Below the pieces are notes generated by a model. It did not search any database. It was not told the DNA's origin and was given only the letters and a program-made list of their open reading frames with translations. A DNA stretch of 64,000 nt, from the NCBI RefSeq assembly GCF_011602085.1, contig NZ_JAAONY010000004.1, forward strand, positions 93,472-157,471, in the 5' to 3' direction. The DNA comes from Pseudoteredinibacter isoporae (GTDB lineage: Bacteria > Pseudomonadota > Gammaproteobacteria > Pseudomonadales > Cellvibrionaceae). Position numbers and translations under genes: made by a program. Shown one piece after another: positions 1 to 9,874 of this stretch (its first letter is position 1; each line of letters opens with the position of its first letter).

Positions 1-1
1 T

Positions 2-694
2 CCCACACCTGAGCAGTTTGCCAAAACCAGCACGGTAGTTCAGGGCTTGTCAGCGGTTGAGTATTTATTGTTTGATCCTGCATTGCAGGACCAAAAGGTT
101 CCCGCGAATCGAATGTGTGCCTTGTTGAGCCTTCAAAGTGCTCAATTGCAGCTCAACAGCTCGTCCTTGTTACAGGATTGGCAAGGTAGCTATGGCAAAC
201 AACTGAACGCCTATGGGCCTGAGAATGTGGATTTCCCCGATGCGAAAACGGTCGTCGCCCAGCTTATTGACGGTCAATTGTCGTTGTTGGAATCAGCCAG
301 CAATAAAAAGCTGGCCGATGCTTTGGGGACTAAGCGTAAAAATGTGCGCATTAATCCTTACCTTTTGGAGTCCTGGCGTTCACAAAATTCCCGAAAAAAT
401 CTGCAAGCGAATCTGGCCAGTATTGATTTGTTGTTTCACCGTGCTGGCCTCAAACGCTATCTGGAGAAAAGCGGTGCCGGTGCCGTTGCTGAAGACATTG
501 AAAAGGCTTTGTTGAATGCCCAGGAAACACTGCGTGGCGACAATCAAAGCTTCTTTCAACGTTTACAGGAACACAATATCGAGAACGCTGAGGCCACTCA
601 GAAAGCGTTGAGCACACTCACCGGCTTGTATAAGAATCAGCTGCCGCAAGCGCTGGGTATACAATTGGGCTTTAACAATAATGACGGCGATTAA
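2..694 (+). CDS. Imelysin-like (EfeO/IrpA-type) periplasmic protein, 5'-truncated at window edge
   Basis: The open frame runs from base 2 with no stop, and the track's M at 47 is a TTG. The C-terminal region (RINPYLLESWRS...) resembles imelysin/peptidase M75-like proteins. It sits directly upstream of a DUF1513 gene, as in iron-regulated imelysin-DUF1513 clusters. The call rests on recollection of the family, not a search. Confidence 0.45.
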   Translation, partial: PTPEQFAKTSTVVQGLSAVEYLLFDPALQDQKVPANRMCALLSLQSAQLQLNSSSLLQDWQGSYGKQLNAYGPENVDFPDAKTVVAQLIDGQLSLLESASNKKLADALGTKRKNVRINPYLLESWRSQNSRKNLQANLASIDLLFHRAGLKRYLEKSGAGAVAEDIEKALLNAQETLRGDNQSFFQRLQEHNIENAEATQKALSTLTGLYKNQLPQALGIQLGFNNNDGD

Positions 695-1820
695 TCGACG
701 AGAATTTCTTCTCGGCAGTGTCGGTTTAAGTGTGGCAGCCATAGTTGGCTGTGCGTCAAAGCCAGGTAATGATTCCTTGCTGCTCAGTGGTTTTCAGCAT
801 CAAGGCGATAAAGGTCGCCGCTATGGTGTCGCGGGGATGGATTTACAGGGCAAGCTTCGTTTTAGCTTGTCATTGCCCCAGCGTTTGCATCAGGTAATGG
901 TCTTGCCGTCAGTGCCATCTTCCGATGCCATGAAAGGCCGGCGCGAATGCCTGGCCATTGCCCGGCGCCCGGGTACCGAGCTGTATCATATCGATGTCGA
1001 CAGCGGAGAACTTCTCAATAACATTCAATCGCCCGATAATCGCCATGTCTTTGGGCATGCCTGTATTATTGGGGAGGGTGATCATGTTCTGGTACCCCAA
1101 AATCATCTCGATGAGAAAGCCTCCAGTCTGGCGGTTTATGATCGTAAAGCCGGCTGGACGTTAATTGACGAAATTGCTCTGCCGAACGTGGGGCCTCATC
1201 AAGTTGAATGCCTGTCCGATGGTAAAACCCTGGCGGTGGCCATGGGAGGTATCCACACTCGCCCGGAAAGTGGGCGCCAGAAACTCAATATCGATACCAT
1301 GCAGTCCTCATTGTTGTACCTCGATAGCCACAGCGGCAAAGTGCTGGGGGAATACCGGCCAGAGGACCCTAAACTGAGTTTGCGTCATATGGCCGTCACG
1401 GCAGATGATCAGGTCATTATTGGTGCGCAATTCCAGGGTGATGCAAACTACGTTTTGCCATTGGCCTATAAGCACCGTGGCGAAAATGAACTGCAAGCTC
1501 TCACGGCCGGTAACGATGTTTGGCAAATGCACAGACAATACGTTGGCAGTGTCAGTGTCGATGACATGGCCCGCCAGGCGTATTTGAGTTCTCCGCGCGC
1601 AGGAATAGTCAGCCGCTGGGATTTGCAAAGTGGGACGTTTATTGAGCACCTGACGATTCGCGATGCCTGTGGTTTGGCCTATGCAAAAGAGCAACAAGGC
1701 TTTTATATCAGTAATGGTGCCGGGCAGATGGTAAATTCTGCCATCGACACGAGTCAGATCAAGGCATTCGCTTACCAACAAGGTATCATCTGGGATAATC
1801 ACTTGAGCTTTATCCGTTGA
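681..1820 (+). CDS. DUF1513-family Tat-secreted periplasmic protein
   Basis: ATG at 681 overlaps the upstream stop. The twin-arginine motif NRREFLLGSVGL is followed by a lipobox-like VGCAS. Length of about 379 aa and the partnership with an imelysin-like gene are typical of this family. Confidence 0.55.
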   Translation: MTAINRREFLLGSVGLSVAAIVGCASKPGNDSLLLSGFQHQGDKGRRYGVAGMDLQGKLRFSLSLPQRLHQVMVLPSVPSSDAMKGRRECLAIARRPGTELYHIDVDSGELLNNIQSPDNRHVFGHACIIGEGDHVLVPQNHLDEKASSLAVYDRKAGWTLIDEIALPNVGPHQVECLSDGKTLAVAMGGIHTRPESGRQKLNIDTMQSSLLYLDSHSGKVLGEYRPEDPKLSLRHMAVTADDQVIIGAQFQGDANYVLPLAYKHRGENELQALTAGNDVWQMHRQYVGSVSVDDMARQAYLSSPRAGIVSRWDLQSGTFIEHLTIRDACGLAYAKEQQGFYISNGAGQMVNSAIDTSQIKAFAYQQGIIWDNHLSFIR

Positions 1821-1894
1821 AGCTCGATCACACGACAAACATTATCTGGGTTGAAAGTCTCTGAATTCTTTCGCCTCAGTTCGGAAATACATTT

Positions 1895-3283
1895 ATGAAA
1901 CGTCGAGAGTTTCTATCGGCAGGTCTGTTAGGTACATTGGCATTGAGCGGCTGTATGCCCAAACTCAAGGTCGAGCAGCGTGGGGAGTATCGATACGAGA
2001 TCCGGTTGCAGGCTGCTGATTTTGAATTGATCCCGGGCACCCAAACTCCGGGCCTGGGTTTTAACGGCCAGTACCCTTCGCCGATTATTCGAGCGAAGCA
2101 GGGGCGCCCCGTCATTATTGATGTCATTAATGAGCTTGATGAGCCCACGACCATTCACTGGCATGGTATCCGTATTGATATTGCTATGGACGGCGTGCCG
2201 TTTCTGAGCCAGAAACCAATTATGCCCGGCGAGCATTTTCGCTATGAATTTATCCCTCCCGATGCGGGAACCTTCTGGTATCACCCGCATATGAATAGCG
2301 TGGTTCAGTTGGGTAAGGGTTTGGTTGGTTTATTGTTGGTTGAGGAAGCCGACAGCTCGCAGTTTTCACCTGAGGACTACGCTGCCGATTTGCCGCTGAT
2401 GTTAAAAAACTGGCATCTGAACGACGATGGATCCTTTAAACCGTTGAGTATTCCACGATATGCCGCGCGCATGGGCACTCCCGGAAACTACGAAACCATT
2501 AATGGTCTCAACCGCCCGGCGATGACGGTGCCCGCCAATGCCTGGGTCAGGTTGCGATTTGCCAATGTCGACAACACGGTCGTCTACAAATTACGGGTGA
2601 AGGATCGCCCGGCTTATATTGTCAGCATCGATGCCAATCCACTTTCCGAACCCAAGCCCCTGGAACATCATTCCATTGGTTCGGGTATGCGAGTCGATAT
2701 CGCCGTTAAAACGCCCGCCGCCGGTGAAGAGATCGTGATTGAAAACGGCAAGGGCCGTTTGTATTTTGAATTTATGCGTTTGCGAGCCGAAGATCGCCCG
2801 TTGAAAAAAGCGACGGCTACCACGGCTCCGATGCCTCTCCCCAATCCTCTGTCCGAGCCCGAGTTGGATAAGGCTGAGAAAAAATATTTTGTCTTTGAAT
2901 GGGAAGGCGCTGTTACGCCAGCAGATAAAGCCGGAAAGTCAAAGCATGCCTTTTGGACGATTAATCGTCGAGCCTGGGAAGGTATGGGGCCCAATAACAT
3001 TCCCGAACCCCTGGCCAAACTCGATCTGGGGAAAAGTTACATTTTTGATTTAAAAAACAACACTCCGCATATGCACCCGATTCATATGCATGGTGTGATG
3101 TTTAAAGTGATCAAATCCAACAAAAAGAACATTGAGCCATTTTTTACCGATACCGTGCTCATGGAAAAAAACGAGCGTGTGCAGATTGCGTTTGTAGCCG
3201 ACAATCCTGGCCGCTGGATGTACCATTGCCACGTGATCGAACATATGAAAACGGGATTGATGGGCTATATTGAAATTTCCTGA
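1895..3283 (+). CDS. Multicopper oxidase (CueO/laccase-like), Tat signal
   Basis: Begins MKRREFLSAGLLGTLALSGC (Tat motif plus lipobox). Copper-ligand motifs HWHGIRI, HPHM and C-terminal HCHVIEHMKTGLMG are present. 462 aa. Confidence 0.85.
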   Translation: MKRREFLSAGLLGTLALSGCMPKLKVEQRGEYRYEIRLQAADFELIPGTQTPGLGFNGQYPSPIIRAKQGRPVIIDVINELDEPTTIHWHGIRIDIAMDGVPFLSQKPIMPGEHFRYEFIPPDAGTFWYHPHMNSVVQLGKGLVGLLLVEEADSSQFSPEDYAADLPLMLKNWHLNDDGSFKPLSIPRYAARMGTPGNYETINGLNRPAMTVPANAWVRLRFANVDNTVVYKLRVKDRPAYIVSIDANPLSEPKPLEHHSIGSGMRVDIAVKTPAAGEEIVIENGKGRLYFEFMRLRAEDRPLKKATATTAPMPLPNPLSEPELDKAEKKYFVFEWEGAVTPADKAGKSKHAFWTINRRAWEGMGPNNIPEPLAKLDLGKSYIFDLKNNTPHMHPIHMHGVMFKVIKSNKKNIEPFFTDTVLMEKNERVQIAFVADNPGRWMYHCHVIEHMKTGLMGYIEIS

Positions 3284-3310
3284 TCCCCTTTTTTGACAGG
3301 AGCGTTCTGG

Positions 3311-4057
3311 ATGAATATTTGCGTAGCGCAATTACAGAGTATTGCCGGTGATCTGGAGGTTAACTTACAAAAGCATCTGGATCTGATTGCATTGGCCGCC
3401 AGGGAAAAAGTGGATCTGATCTGTTTTCCAGAGCTGTCTCTCAGTGCTTATGAGCCAACATTGGCAGCGGAGCTGGCGTTTGATGCAGACAAGGTCAACA
3501 TCCCGAGCATTCAGGAGCAAAGCGATCAGCACGGCATGTTGATCTGTCTTGGAATGCCGGTGCGATTCAGGAATGAACTTGGAGAAGCTGAGGTTCGGAT
3601 TTCCATGCTCTGCTTCCAACCTTTCAATCCGGTGCGCGTTTATTCAAAACAATTGCTGCACAGCAGTGAGTTGCCATTTTTTGCACCTGGTCATTGCCCC
3701 TTGTTTTTGGAGTACGGCAATGAGCGCATTGCGCCTGCCATTTGTTATGAGTCCAAACAATGCAGCCATAACGATGCGGCAATTGCCGCAGGTGCAAGTC
3801 TGTATATGGCGAGTGTCGCTAAAGATGAGTCAAGTTTGGCCGCCGTTACCAGTGGACTGTATTCCACATTGGCTAAGCGATCGGGTATGAAAATCATGAT
3901 GGCCAACAATCACGGCCCCAATCACGATTTTATCGGCCACGGTCAATCGGCCATTTGGGATGCTCAGGGAAATTGCGTTGCCCAGCTGGGGGTGGCAGGT
4001 GATGGGATTGTGGTATTCGACACCATCACTGGAAAAGGTTTTACAAAAACGCTGTAG
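3311..4057 (+). CDS. Carbon-nitrogen hydrolase (nitrilase superfamily) protein
   Basis: FPELSLSAYEP supplies the catalytic Glu and APAICYES the catalytic Cys. The track start at 3293 is a TTG; ATG 3311 is preceded by AGGAG. Confidence 0.75.
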   Translation: MNICVAQLQSIAGDLEVNLQKHLDLIALAAREKVDLICFPELSLSAYEPTLAAELAFDADKVNIPSIQEQSDQHGMLICLGMPVRFRNELGEAEVRISMLCFQPFNPVRVYSKQLLHSSELPFFAPGHCPLFLEYGNERIAPAICYESKQCSHNDAAIAAGASLYMASVAKDESSLAAVTSGLYSTLAKRSGMKIMMANNHGPNHDFIGHGQSAIWDAQGNCVAQLGVAGDGIVVFDTITGKGFTKTL

Positions 4058-4111
4058 TTCAGTTGTACAAAGCTCTCCCCGTGTGGAGAGAGCTTTGCGA
4101 CTCAGGCGGGC

Positions 4112-6328
4112 TTAGAAGCTAAAATCAGCACGCAGAGTAAAGTTACGGCCTGGCTCAGTGAAGCGAGTGATGCCGTTACCGCGAACACCAATACCTGGAC
4201 GCAGGTCATCACGACCTACAAAGCGAATGCTGTCCCAGATGTAGTATTCCTTGTCTGTAACGTTGAAGACACCGGCACGCAAAGTCAGTTGTTCTGTGAC
4301 CTTGTAGAATGCGGTGATATCCAGAACGGCAGAACTGTTGCTCAGGTAGTCACGCTCTACACGTTCGCCATCGGCGTTGGTCGAGTAGGCATCTTCGGCA
4401 TCTTTGGCTGAGGTATAGGTCAGGGTAGAGTTCACGCCCCAATCATCCTGATTGTAGCCAAAGCCCAGTTTTGCACTGAATGGCTGGATGCTGGTCAGTG
4501 GATCGCCATTTTCCTGCTCACCATCAGCATACGCAGAGCTTGCAAAAGCACTCATACCTTCGGGCGCGCCCAGAGCTTTGTGCAGATCAACACTGGCGCT
4601 GATTTCCAAACCTTTGGTATCGGCTTCGCCAACGTTGGCTGCTACAGAGTAGATGTCTTCTGCACCAGCCGCATTGATGCGGGTGCGGCTCTGAGACTCA
4701 ATGAAATCTTGATACTGATTGAAGAAACCAGTGATGCTGATACGACCGGCATCAAATTGAGTTTCGAAGGTCAGCTCGTAGTTAGTCGCAGTTTCAACAT
4801 CCAGATCCGGGTTAGGGCCGGTTCTCCAGTCATCAGCCGAGCCGCTGCGGGTATACAGGTTTTCAACCGTAGGAGCGCGGAAGGCACGACCAATCTTGGC
4901 GATAATCTTACTGTTGTCGTTGATTTTCTGAGTCAGGCCTAGAGCGCCACTGAAGAAGTCGAAGTCTTGTTTGTTCAGGCTGCCACCCAAGCGATCAGCG
5001 TAAAACTCGCTTGCTGTTGCATCGTATTCGTAATCGTCATAACGAATTCCCACTTCGAGCTGAGTCTCGTTGCTCAGGGTAATGCGATCCAGAACGAACA
5101 GGTTGTAGTTCTTGATTTCGGAATGCGGTACCAGCGCTTGACGAGTGCTTGGAATAACCTCGGTACTGCCTTCCGGAGTGAACAAACGCGTTTCTTCGTT
5201 ATCTACTTCTTTGTCAGAGTAGGCGAAACCGTAGAACAACTCATGCTCAACATCACCAGTTTGAATACGTTTGTTGAAGTCAAACTTGAATTGGGTCAGT
5301 TCCTGATCGAAAGAACGGTTGTCCACTCGGAAACCAACAACCGGAGGGCCAAAGAAGCCTGGAATATTTACACCTTGTGGTGTTTTGGCTTCAAAGTCGA
5401 TGTTCTGACGGTCGATACTCCACTCGATACGGTCAAACAAACCGGCATTCACTTCCATCTTGTGGAAGATACCTACACGCTGACGCTCGCTGGTGTCATC
5501 ACCCTGACGGTTGATGTACCAAGGGCCATTGTAGGAGCGGGCATCGGTTTTGATTTCCTGAGTGTAATCTTCAACAACCAAACCAATGGTGTTATTGCTG
5601 CTGATATCGTAGTTCAGCTTAAGCAAGATGCTGTCTGTATCGCGATCCTGAGGGTCTGGACGCTCACGCTGACTGCCGTCGATGTCGGGGCCAGCCGTAT
5701 GGTTTTCGGTTTCATGACCGCTGCGCTTGGTACCAATCAACAGGGCTTCAAACTGACCGGAACGACCCGCAAGAGCAAGACTGCCCATGGTGGATTCGCT
5801 GGCACTGTCGTAGGAGCTGCTGAAGTCCAGGCCGAAATCGTTGCCGCTTTCTTTCAGGAAATCGTCCGCATCTTTAGTGACGAAACGTACCGAACCACCC
5901 AGTGCACCGCTACCGGAAATGACTGAGTCGGCTCCTTTGGTGATGCTTACCTGCTTGACGGTTTCCAATTCCAAACCATTGCGACCACCTTTAAAGTAAC
6001 CGTAGGCCTGACCTCCTTCGTACTGGAGGGTCTCTCCTTGCTCAACACCGTCGATAGAAACAGCGATACGGTCATCGTCCACGCCGCGAATGTTGAAACC
6101 GGTACCACCCCAGCGGCCATCAGCGGCCTTGATAACAACACCAGGCAGGTCGCGAACCAGATCGTCCAGATTGTTGACCATGTTTTCTTCAATCTTCAGA
6201 TTGGAGATAACTTCCTGGTTTTCTTTGGTTTCGCCTTTTACTTTGGTCGTTTCCAGTTCCTGGACCTGAGCAAAGCTGTTGCTGCTGACCAGAGCGATGG
6301 CCAGCGCTAAAGTAGATTTTTTAAACAT
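4112..6328 (-). CDS. TonB-dependent outer-membrane receptor (last gene of 12-gene iron/TonB2 operon)
   Basis: Signal peptide MFKKSTLALAIALVSSNSFAQ, a plug domain, a long beta-barrel and the C-terminal aromatic ...RADFSF. ATG at 6328 follows a GGAG. The track start at 6349 is in-frame upstream but lacks the signal-peptide logic. Confidence 0.9.
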   Translation of the reverse strand: MFKKSTLALAIALVSSNSFAQVQELETTKVKGETKENQEVISNLKIEENMVNNLDDLVRDLPGVVIKAADGRWGGTGFNIRGVDDDRIAVSIDGVEQGETLQYEGGQAYGYFKGGRNGLELETVKQVSITKGADSVISGSGALGGSVRFVTKDADDFLKESGNDFGLDFSSSYDSASESTMGSLALAGRSGQFEALLIGTKRSGHETENHTAGPDIDGSQRERPDPQDRDTDSILLKLNYDISSNNTIGLVVEDYTQEIKTDARSYNGPWYINRQGDDTSERQRVGIFHKMEVNAGLFDRIEWSIDRQNIDFEAKTPQGVNIPGFFGPPVVGFRVDNRSFDQELTQFKFDFNKRIQTGDVEHELFYGFAYSDKEVDNEETRLFTPEGSTEVIPSTRQALVPHSEIKNYNLFVLDRITLSNETQLEVGIRYDDYEYDATASEFYADRLGGSLNKQDFDFFSGALGLTQKINDNSKIIAKIGRAFRAPTVENLYTRSGSADDWRTGPNPDLDVETATNYELTFETQFDAGRISITGFFNQYQDFIESQSRTRINAAGAEDIYSVAANVGEADTKGLEISASVDLHKALGAPEGMSAFASSAYADGEQENGDPLTSIQPFSAKLGFGYNQDDWGVNSTLTYTSAKDAEDAYSTNADGERVERDYLSNSSAVLDITAFYKVTEQLTLRAGVFNVTDKEYYIWDSIRFVGRDDLRPGIGVRGNGITRFTEPGRNFTLRADFSF

Positions 6329-6345
6329 TTGTGTCTCCCCATTAT

Positions 6346-7806
6346 TCAATTGGCCGCTATCTCAGCGTTGCCAACTAAAGGTGATCTCAACTCCAGCTCT
6401 ATATACTGGATTTCTTTTTGGCCTTTCTCGGTTTGTTTTATTGGCTTCCCTAGCTCAAATGGAATGCTTATTTTTTCGTGTCCACCATGTTCTCTGGCAG
6501 CTTCTATAATTAATTGGTATTGACCGGCCGCGACGGCCTTGCCGAAATCATCGCGTCCTGACCATTGCAGTTGATATTCACCGGCCCGGCGGGTAGGGCG
6601 AGCCATTACATCCAGCAGGGTAGGGGTTTTGCGGCCCTGACGGCGCCACCACACACTGTTTTCGCTCATCCAGCGTTCGCTGTCGCCCAGCAACAGCAAG
6701 TTCTTAACGACCTTACGTTTTTTATTTTCGATCCAAAGTGCGACATAGGGCTTGCGGTAGTTACCGCTGCGGATTTTAGGGAGAGCGAAGCGAATATTGG
6801 CCGAAGCCAATTCGGCTTTGCTGTCTTCATGATCGGATGAGTGCCAGGCGCTGCTGGCAAACTGACGGCCATCTTCGCTGATCAGCAGGGCTTCGACCTG
6901 TTTCGTTTGTTCAACCCAATCGAGAGCCTTGTCGACATCCATTGTGCTCAGGGCGGTTGCGATGGCATCGGCTTTGGTTGCCGTCGGCGCAATAACAACC
7001 ACGCTGTGCGGAAAATCTCTCGGCCAGCCATCGCGGGCCTGGAGAATGTGGCTGAACTGGCGGCGGCCAATTTTTCGGCTTCTCGCCTGATGACCACTGT
7101 AAGCGATGGCCTGATTATTCAGTTGGATGTTGCCAAGCGAGTTCTGCTGACTGTCGTCAAGTTGATTGGGGTTGGCAAGGCTTATTGCCCAGGCTTTGCT
7201 GCCGGGTTTTTGCCACTGTCGAATATCTCCGCCAATCTCTAAGGTGAGGGCATTCGCTGCAGGTGCGGCTTTGCGAGCTTGTGCAATCGCCTGGTCGATA
7301 ATGTAACCCTTGGCAATTGCCGAAAATTCCCAGCTGAAATCTTTGGGGATCTCTGCGTCGCTCAATGTGTATTCGGAATACAGGGCCTTGCGAGCGAGAG
7401 CACGAATGGCTTTACGATCCGGGCGCTCCTGTTTTTTTTCGGCTTCGTTCCACGCTTCAATGACCGAACCCAGACGGCAACTGAAGGCCATGGGCAACTC
7501 TTTTTGCCACTGTTGGCAAAGCGAAACCATGGTGTGCATTTCCGGAGACAGCGTGCTGATAACACCACGGCGTATCTGCATGAGTTCGCTCTCGCTGTCA
7601 TAGCTGCTGTAGATTTTTTCCAGGCGATGAATTTCAGCCAAGGCGGCCTGTTCAGCAAGTTTGGCTTCCTGATCGTTGGCGTCGATGCGTAAATGCATAG
7701 AGGTGCCCAAAACATTGTCGTTGTGGAAATCGACAATGCCTGCGGTCATCATTCCGCTGTTGAGTAGGCATCCGATGCTTAAAAGTGGCGTGAGAAACTG
7801 TTTCAC
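6346..7806 (-). CDS. apbE: FAD:protein FMN transferase (ApbE) fused to a C-terminal DUF2271 domain
   Basis: ApbE motifs are present: AKGYIIDQ, EIGGD, AYSGHQARSRKIGRRQFSHILQARDGWP and SVVVIAPTATKADAIATAL. The last ~130 aa (PYVALWIENKK...AAREHGGHEKISIPFELGK) is clearly paralogous to the free DUF2271 protein at 15460-15945. GTG start at 7806 gives lipoprotein-like KQFLTPLLSIGC. Confidence 0.75.
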   Translation of the reverse strand: MKQFLTPLLSIGCLLNSGMMTAGIVDFHNDNVLGTSMHLRIDANDQEAKLAEQAALAEIHRLEKIYSSYDSESELMQIRRGVISTLSPEMHTMVSLCQQWQKELPMAFSCRLGSVIEAWNEAEKKQERPDRKAIRALARKALYSEYTLSDAEIPKDFSWEFSAIAKGYIIDQAIAQARKAAPAANALTLEIGGDIRQWQKPGSKAWAISLANPNQLDDSQQNSLGNIQLNNQAIAYSGHQARSRKIGRRQFSHILQARDGWPRDFPHSVVVIAPTATKADAIATALSTMDVDKALDWVEQTKQVEALLISEDGRQFASSAWHSSDHEDSKAELASANIRFALPKIRSGNYRKPYVALWIENKKRKVVKNLLLLGDSERWMSENSVWWRRQGRKTPTLLDVMARPTRRAGEYQLQWSGRDDFGKAVAAGQYQLIIEAAREHGGHEKISIPFELGKPIKQTEKGQKEIQYIELELRSPLVGNAEIAAN

Positions 7807-7879
7807 TGATTTGGCTACTGTTTTGAAAAGGGAACAGGCGCCACGGTGTGGCGCCGTTGTGAGTGGTCTAGACCACGGC

Positions 7880-8908
7880 TTAGTAGCTGTCCGACTTGGC
7901 TGCTACCTTCTGGCTGGCGGCGATGTCGTCTGCTGAAATAACGCCATCCTGGTTTTTGTCCCAGCGATTAAAGATGCGTTTGCCGGAAATCTGCAGCTCA
8001 TCAAAGGTCATGCTCTTGTCCTTGTTATCGTCCAGAACATCAAAGCGAATATAGGTTTGTTTGATGGCCGCACGACGGGTTTTGGCGATAGCCGCGTCCA
8101 CGCGATCTTCGTACTCACCCAGATATTCGTTCAATACCAGATCGCCACTTTTATCCTGATCGGCAAGGTGAAAGACCGAGCGACGCTCGTTTACGAATTC
8201 ATCCTTGGTGATCTTGCCATCTTCGTTGGCGTCATAGATGGTGAACATACCTTTTTTACTGTGTGTGGTTGGCATGCGAATCATGGAGCGACGGCGAGCT
8301 TTTTTCTTGGCCTTTTTCTTATCGGCCTTGGCAACTTTTTCGCCTTTTTTCTTTTTCCACTTGTACTCGGGCTTTGGATCGTTTTCATCAATAACGTTAT
8401 CTTTATTGCCGTCCCAGCGAGCAAAGGTGCGCTCACCCGAAGCCTCGTATTCGGCCCAGGTCATCACTTCATTGTCGTCTTTATCGAGAGCCTTGAAGCG
8501 AACGATGGTTTGTTTTACCTGACCTTTGCGATCTTTTTCAATGCGGTCGTCCAGGCGGCCTTCATATTCGTAAACGTATTCTTCGGTGTCCAGAGTGCCG
8601 TTTTTGTTGCTATCGACACTGTCAAAGAACTTGCGACGGGAATCGTTGTACTCGCCCCAGCTGACTACGCTGTCTTTAGAGGCATCGTGATCTTCAAGAA
8701 TGCGGGCCAGACGTTCTTCTGTCATGGGCATTGGGCGGTGGCCGCGATCATCTTTCGCAGCTTTTGCCCGTTCAGTTTTGCTCAGGCCTTTGCTATCAGC
8801 CATGGCGGCTTTAGCATTGTTGGCCGAGCTTTGTTCGGCAACGGGTGTGGTCTGGGAGCAAGCGCTCAAGCTTGCAACCGCGATGGCAATCGGTAGTAAT
8901 TTTTTCAT
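7880..8908 (-). CDS. EF-hand calcium-binding lipoprotein
   Basis: MKKLLPIAIAVASLSACSQ is a lipoprotein signal. At least six EF-hand loops are present (DSNKNGTLDTEEY, DKDDNEVMTWAEY, DGNKDNVIDEND, DANEDGKITKDEF, DQDKSGDLVLNEY, DKNQDGVISADD), plus a KKKK-rich segment. ATG at 8908; the track M at 8920 is GTG. Confidence 0.8.
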   Translation of the reverse strand: MKKLLPIAIAVASLSACSQTTPVAEQSSANNAKAAMADSKGLSKTERAKAAKDDRGHRPMPMTEERLARILEDHDASKDSVVSWGEYNDSRRKFFDSVDSNKNGTLDTEEYVYEYEGRLDDRIEKDRKGQVKQTIVRFKALDKDDNEVMTWAEYEASGERTFARWDGNKDNVIDENDPKPEYKWKKKKGEKVAKADKKKAKKKARRRSMIRMPTTHSKKGMFTIYDANEDGKITKDEFVNERRSVFHLADQDKSGDLVLNEYLGEYEDRVDAAIAKTRRAAIKQTYIRFDVLDDNKDKSMTFDELQISGKRIFNRWDKNQDGVISADDIAASQKVAAKSDSY

Positions 8909-8920
8909 GGCTATTCTCAC

Positions 8921-9721
8921 TTAGATGTTTTCGAACACTTGCACACTCAGGGTGGTCGTGTGGCTGAAGGTAGGCACTTTCGAGCCTTCTGGTGCAGGTC
9001 CGCGATAGCGGGCGCGCAGCAAATATTTACCAGCCGGCAGAGTTAAAGCGGCAACGCCGTCTTTATTGGTGGCAAAGCTCATGGGCTTGCTCTTTTCTTG
9101 ATTGGCGCGGTAAGCCAGGATTTCCTGATCGGCCATGCCTTTGTTGTCCAACAGAATTTTCAGGGAGAACTCTTCGTCTGCGAACAACTCGGTCGGGTTG
9201 TCGATGGGAAGAATTTGCAAACCTTCTGCTTCAACTTTCAGTGCACCATTACTCGGAGCCTTGCGGCTGACATAGGTGTCGGCGCGAGTAATGGATTGGA
9301 AGTGAAACTTAACGTCGGCGCCTTCGGGTGCAGGTTCTTTAGGGTCCATAACCCGCTTCTCTTCGCCGTCCAAATCGTAAATCAGGAAGGTTGCGCCTTT
9401 GCGTGCGCCCGTAGTGATGCGGTAGGTGCCTTCGTCTTTCAGTTCATGTTCCAGAACCACACGGGTTTTCAGTTCGGCCATTGAATCAGGTTTGACGCTA
9501 TTGCCTTCTGGAGTGGTGACCATGAAGTGGCCCTTGTTAAAAGCGGCCTCAGGAATGAAGAATTCTTCCGCGAAGGAGGCATCAAAGCTGGCCATTTTTC
9601 CCATCACCGGCTCAAAGCTGGTTGGAGCGATATAAGGGGTATGGGCTGAACTCTGGGAAGCGGTAAAAGCTGCCAGAGAAGCCAGAAGCAATGCGTGGGG
9701 TTTACGAGGTAGGCCAAACAT
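8921..9721 (-). CDS. DUF4198-family periplasmic protein
   Basis: Signal peptide MFGLPRKPHALLLASLAAFTASQSSA followed by HTPYIAP. Beta-rich, about 265 aa. Typical partner of PepSY-TM and TonB-receptor genes. ATG 9721 has GGAG 10 nt upstream; the track start at 9736 is TTG. Confidence 0.55.
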   Translation of the reverse strand: MFGLPRKPHALLLASLAAFTASQSSAHTPYIAPTSFEPVMGKMASFDASFAEEFFIPEAAFNKGHFMVTTPEGNSVKPDSMAELKTRVVLEHELKDEGTYRITTGARKGATFLIYDLDGEEKRVMDPKEPAPEGADVKFHFQSITRADTYVSRKAPSNGALKVEAEGLQILPIDNPTELFADEEFSLKILLDNKGMADQEILAYRANQEKSKPMSFATNKDGVAALTLPAGKYLLRARYRGPAPEGSKVPTFSHTTTLSVQVFENI

Positions 9722-9874
9722 AGTCAGGTTCTCCAAGATTTAGCTGTGTTTACCGCCTGTTGCGACAAGGTGGGTCGACAAATCAGGCGAATGGTAATGC
9801 AAATAAAAATGATTCTCAATAATTATGAAGAAAAATCCACAATTCAACACGAAAATGAGGATCAGGTCGCCGGT

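Noticed and set aside
47-694. ORF-track start codons printed as M at 47, 3293, 9736, 11848, 24812, 55658 and others
   Set aside because: Checked against the sequence. These are TTG/GTG codons or read-through from upstream. Starts were re-assigned to ATG/GTG with RBS or signal-peptide support where possible. Some (24812, 55658, 7806, 38723, 15463) remain non-ATG calls with lower certainty.
4967-5926. 319-aa plus-strand ORF inside the TonB-dependent receptor gene
   Set aside because: It is antisense to a high-confidence receptor CDS, has no RBS and a low-complexity translation. It is a typical shadow ORF.
8057-8896. 279-aa Phe-rich plus-strand ORF
   Set aside because: It is the complement of the Lys/Glu/Asp-rich EF-hand gene (GAA/AAA codons read as TTC/TTT). 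Artefact.
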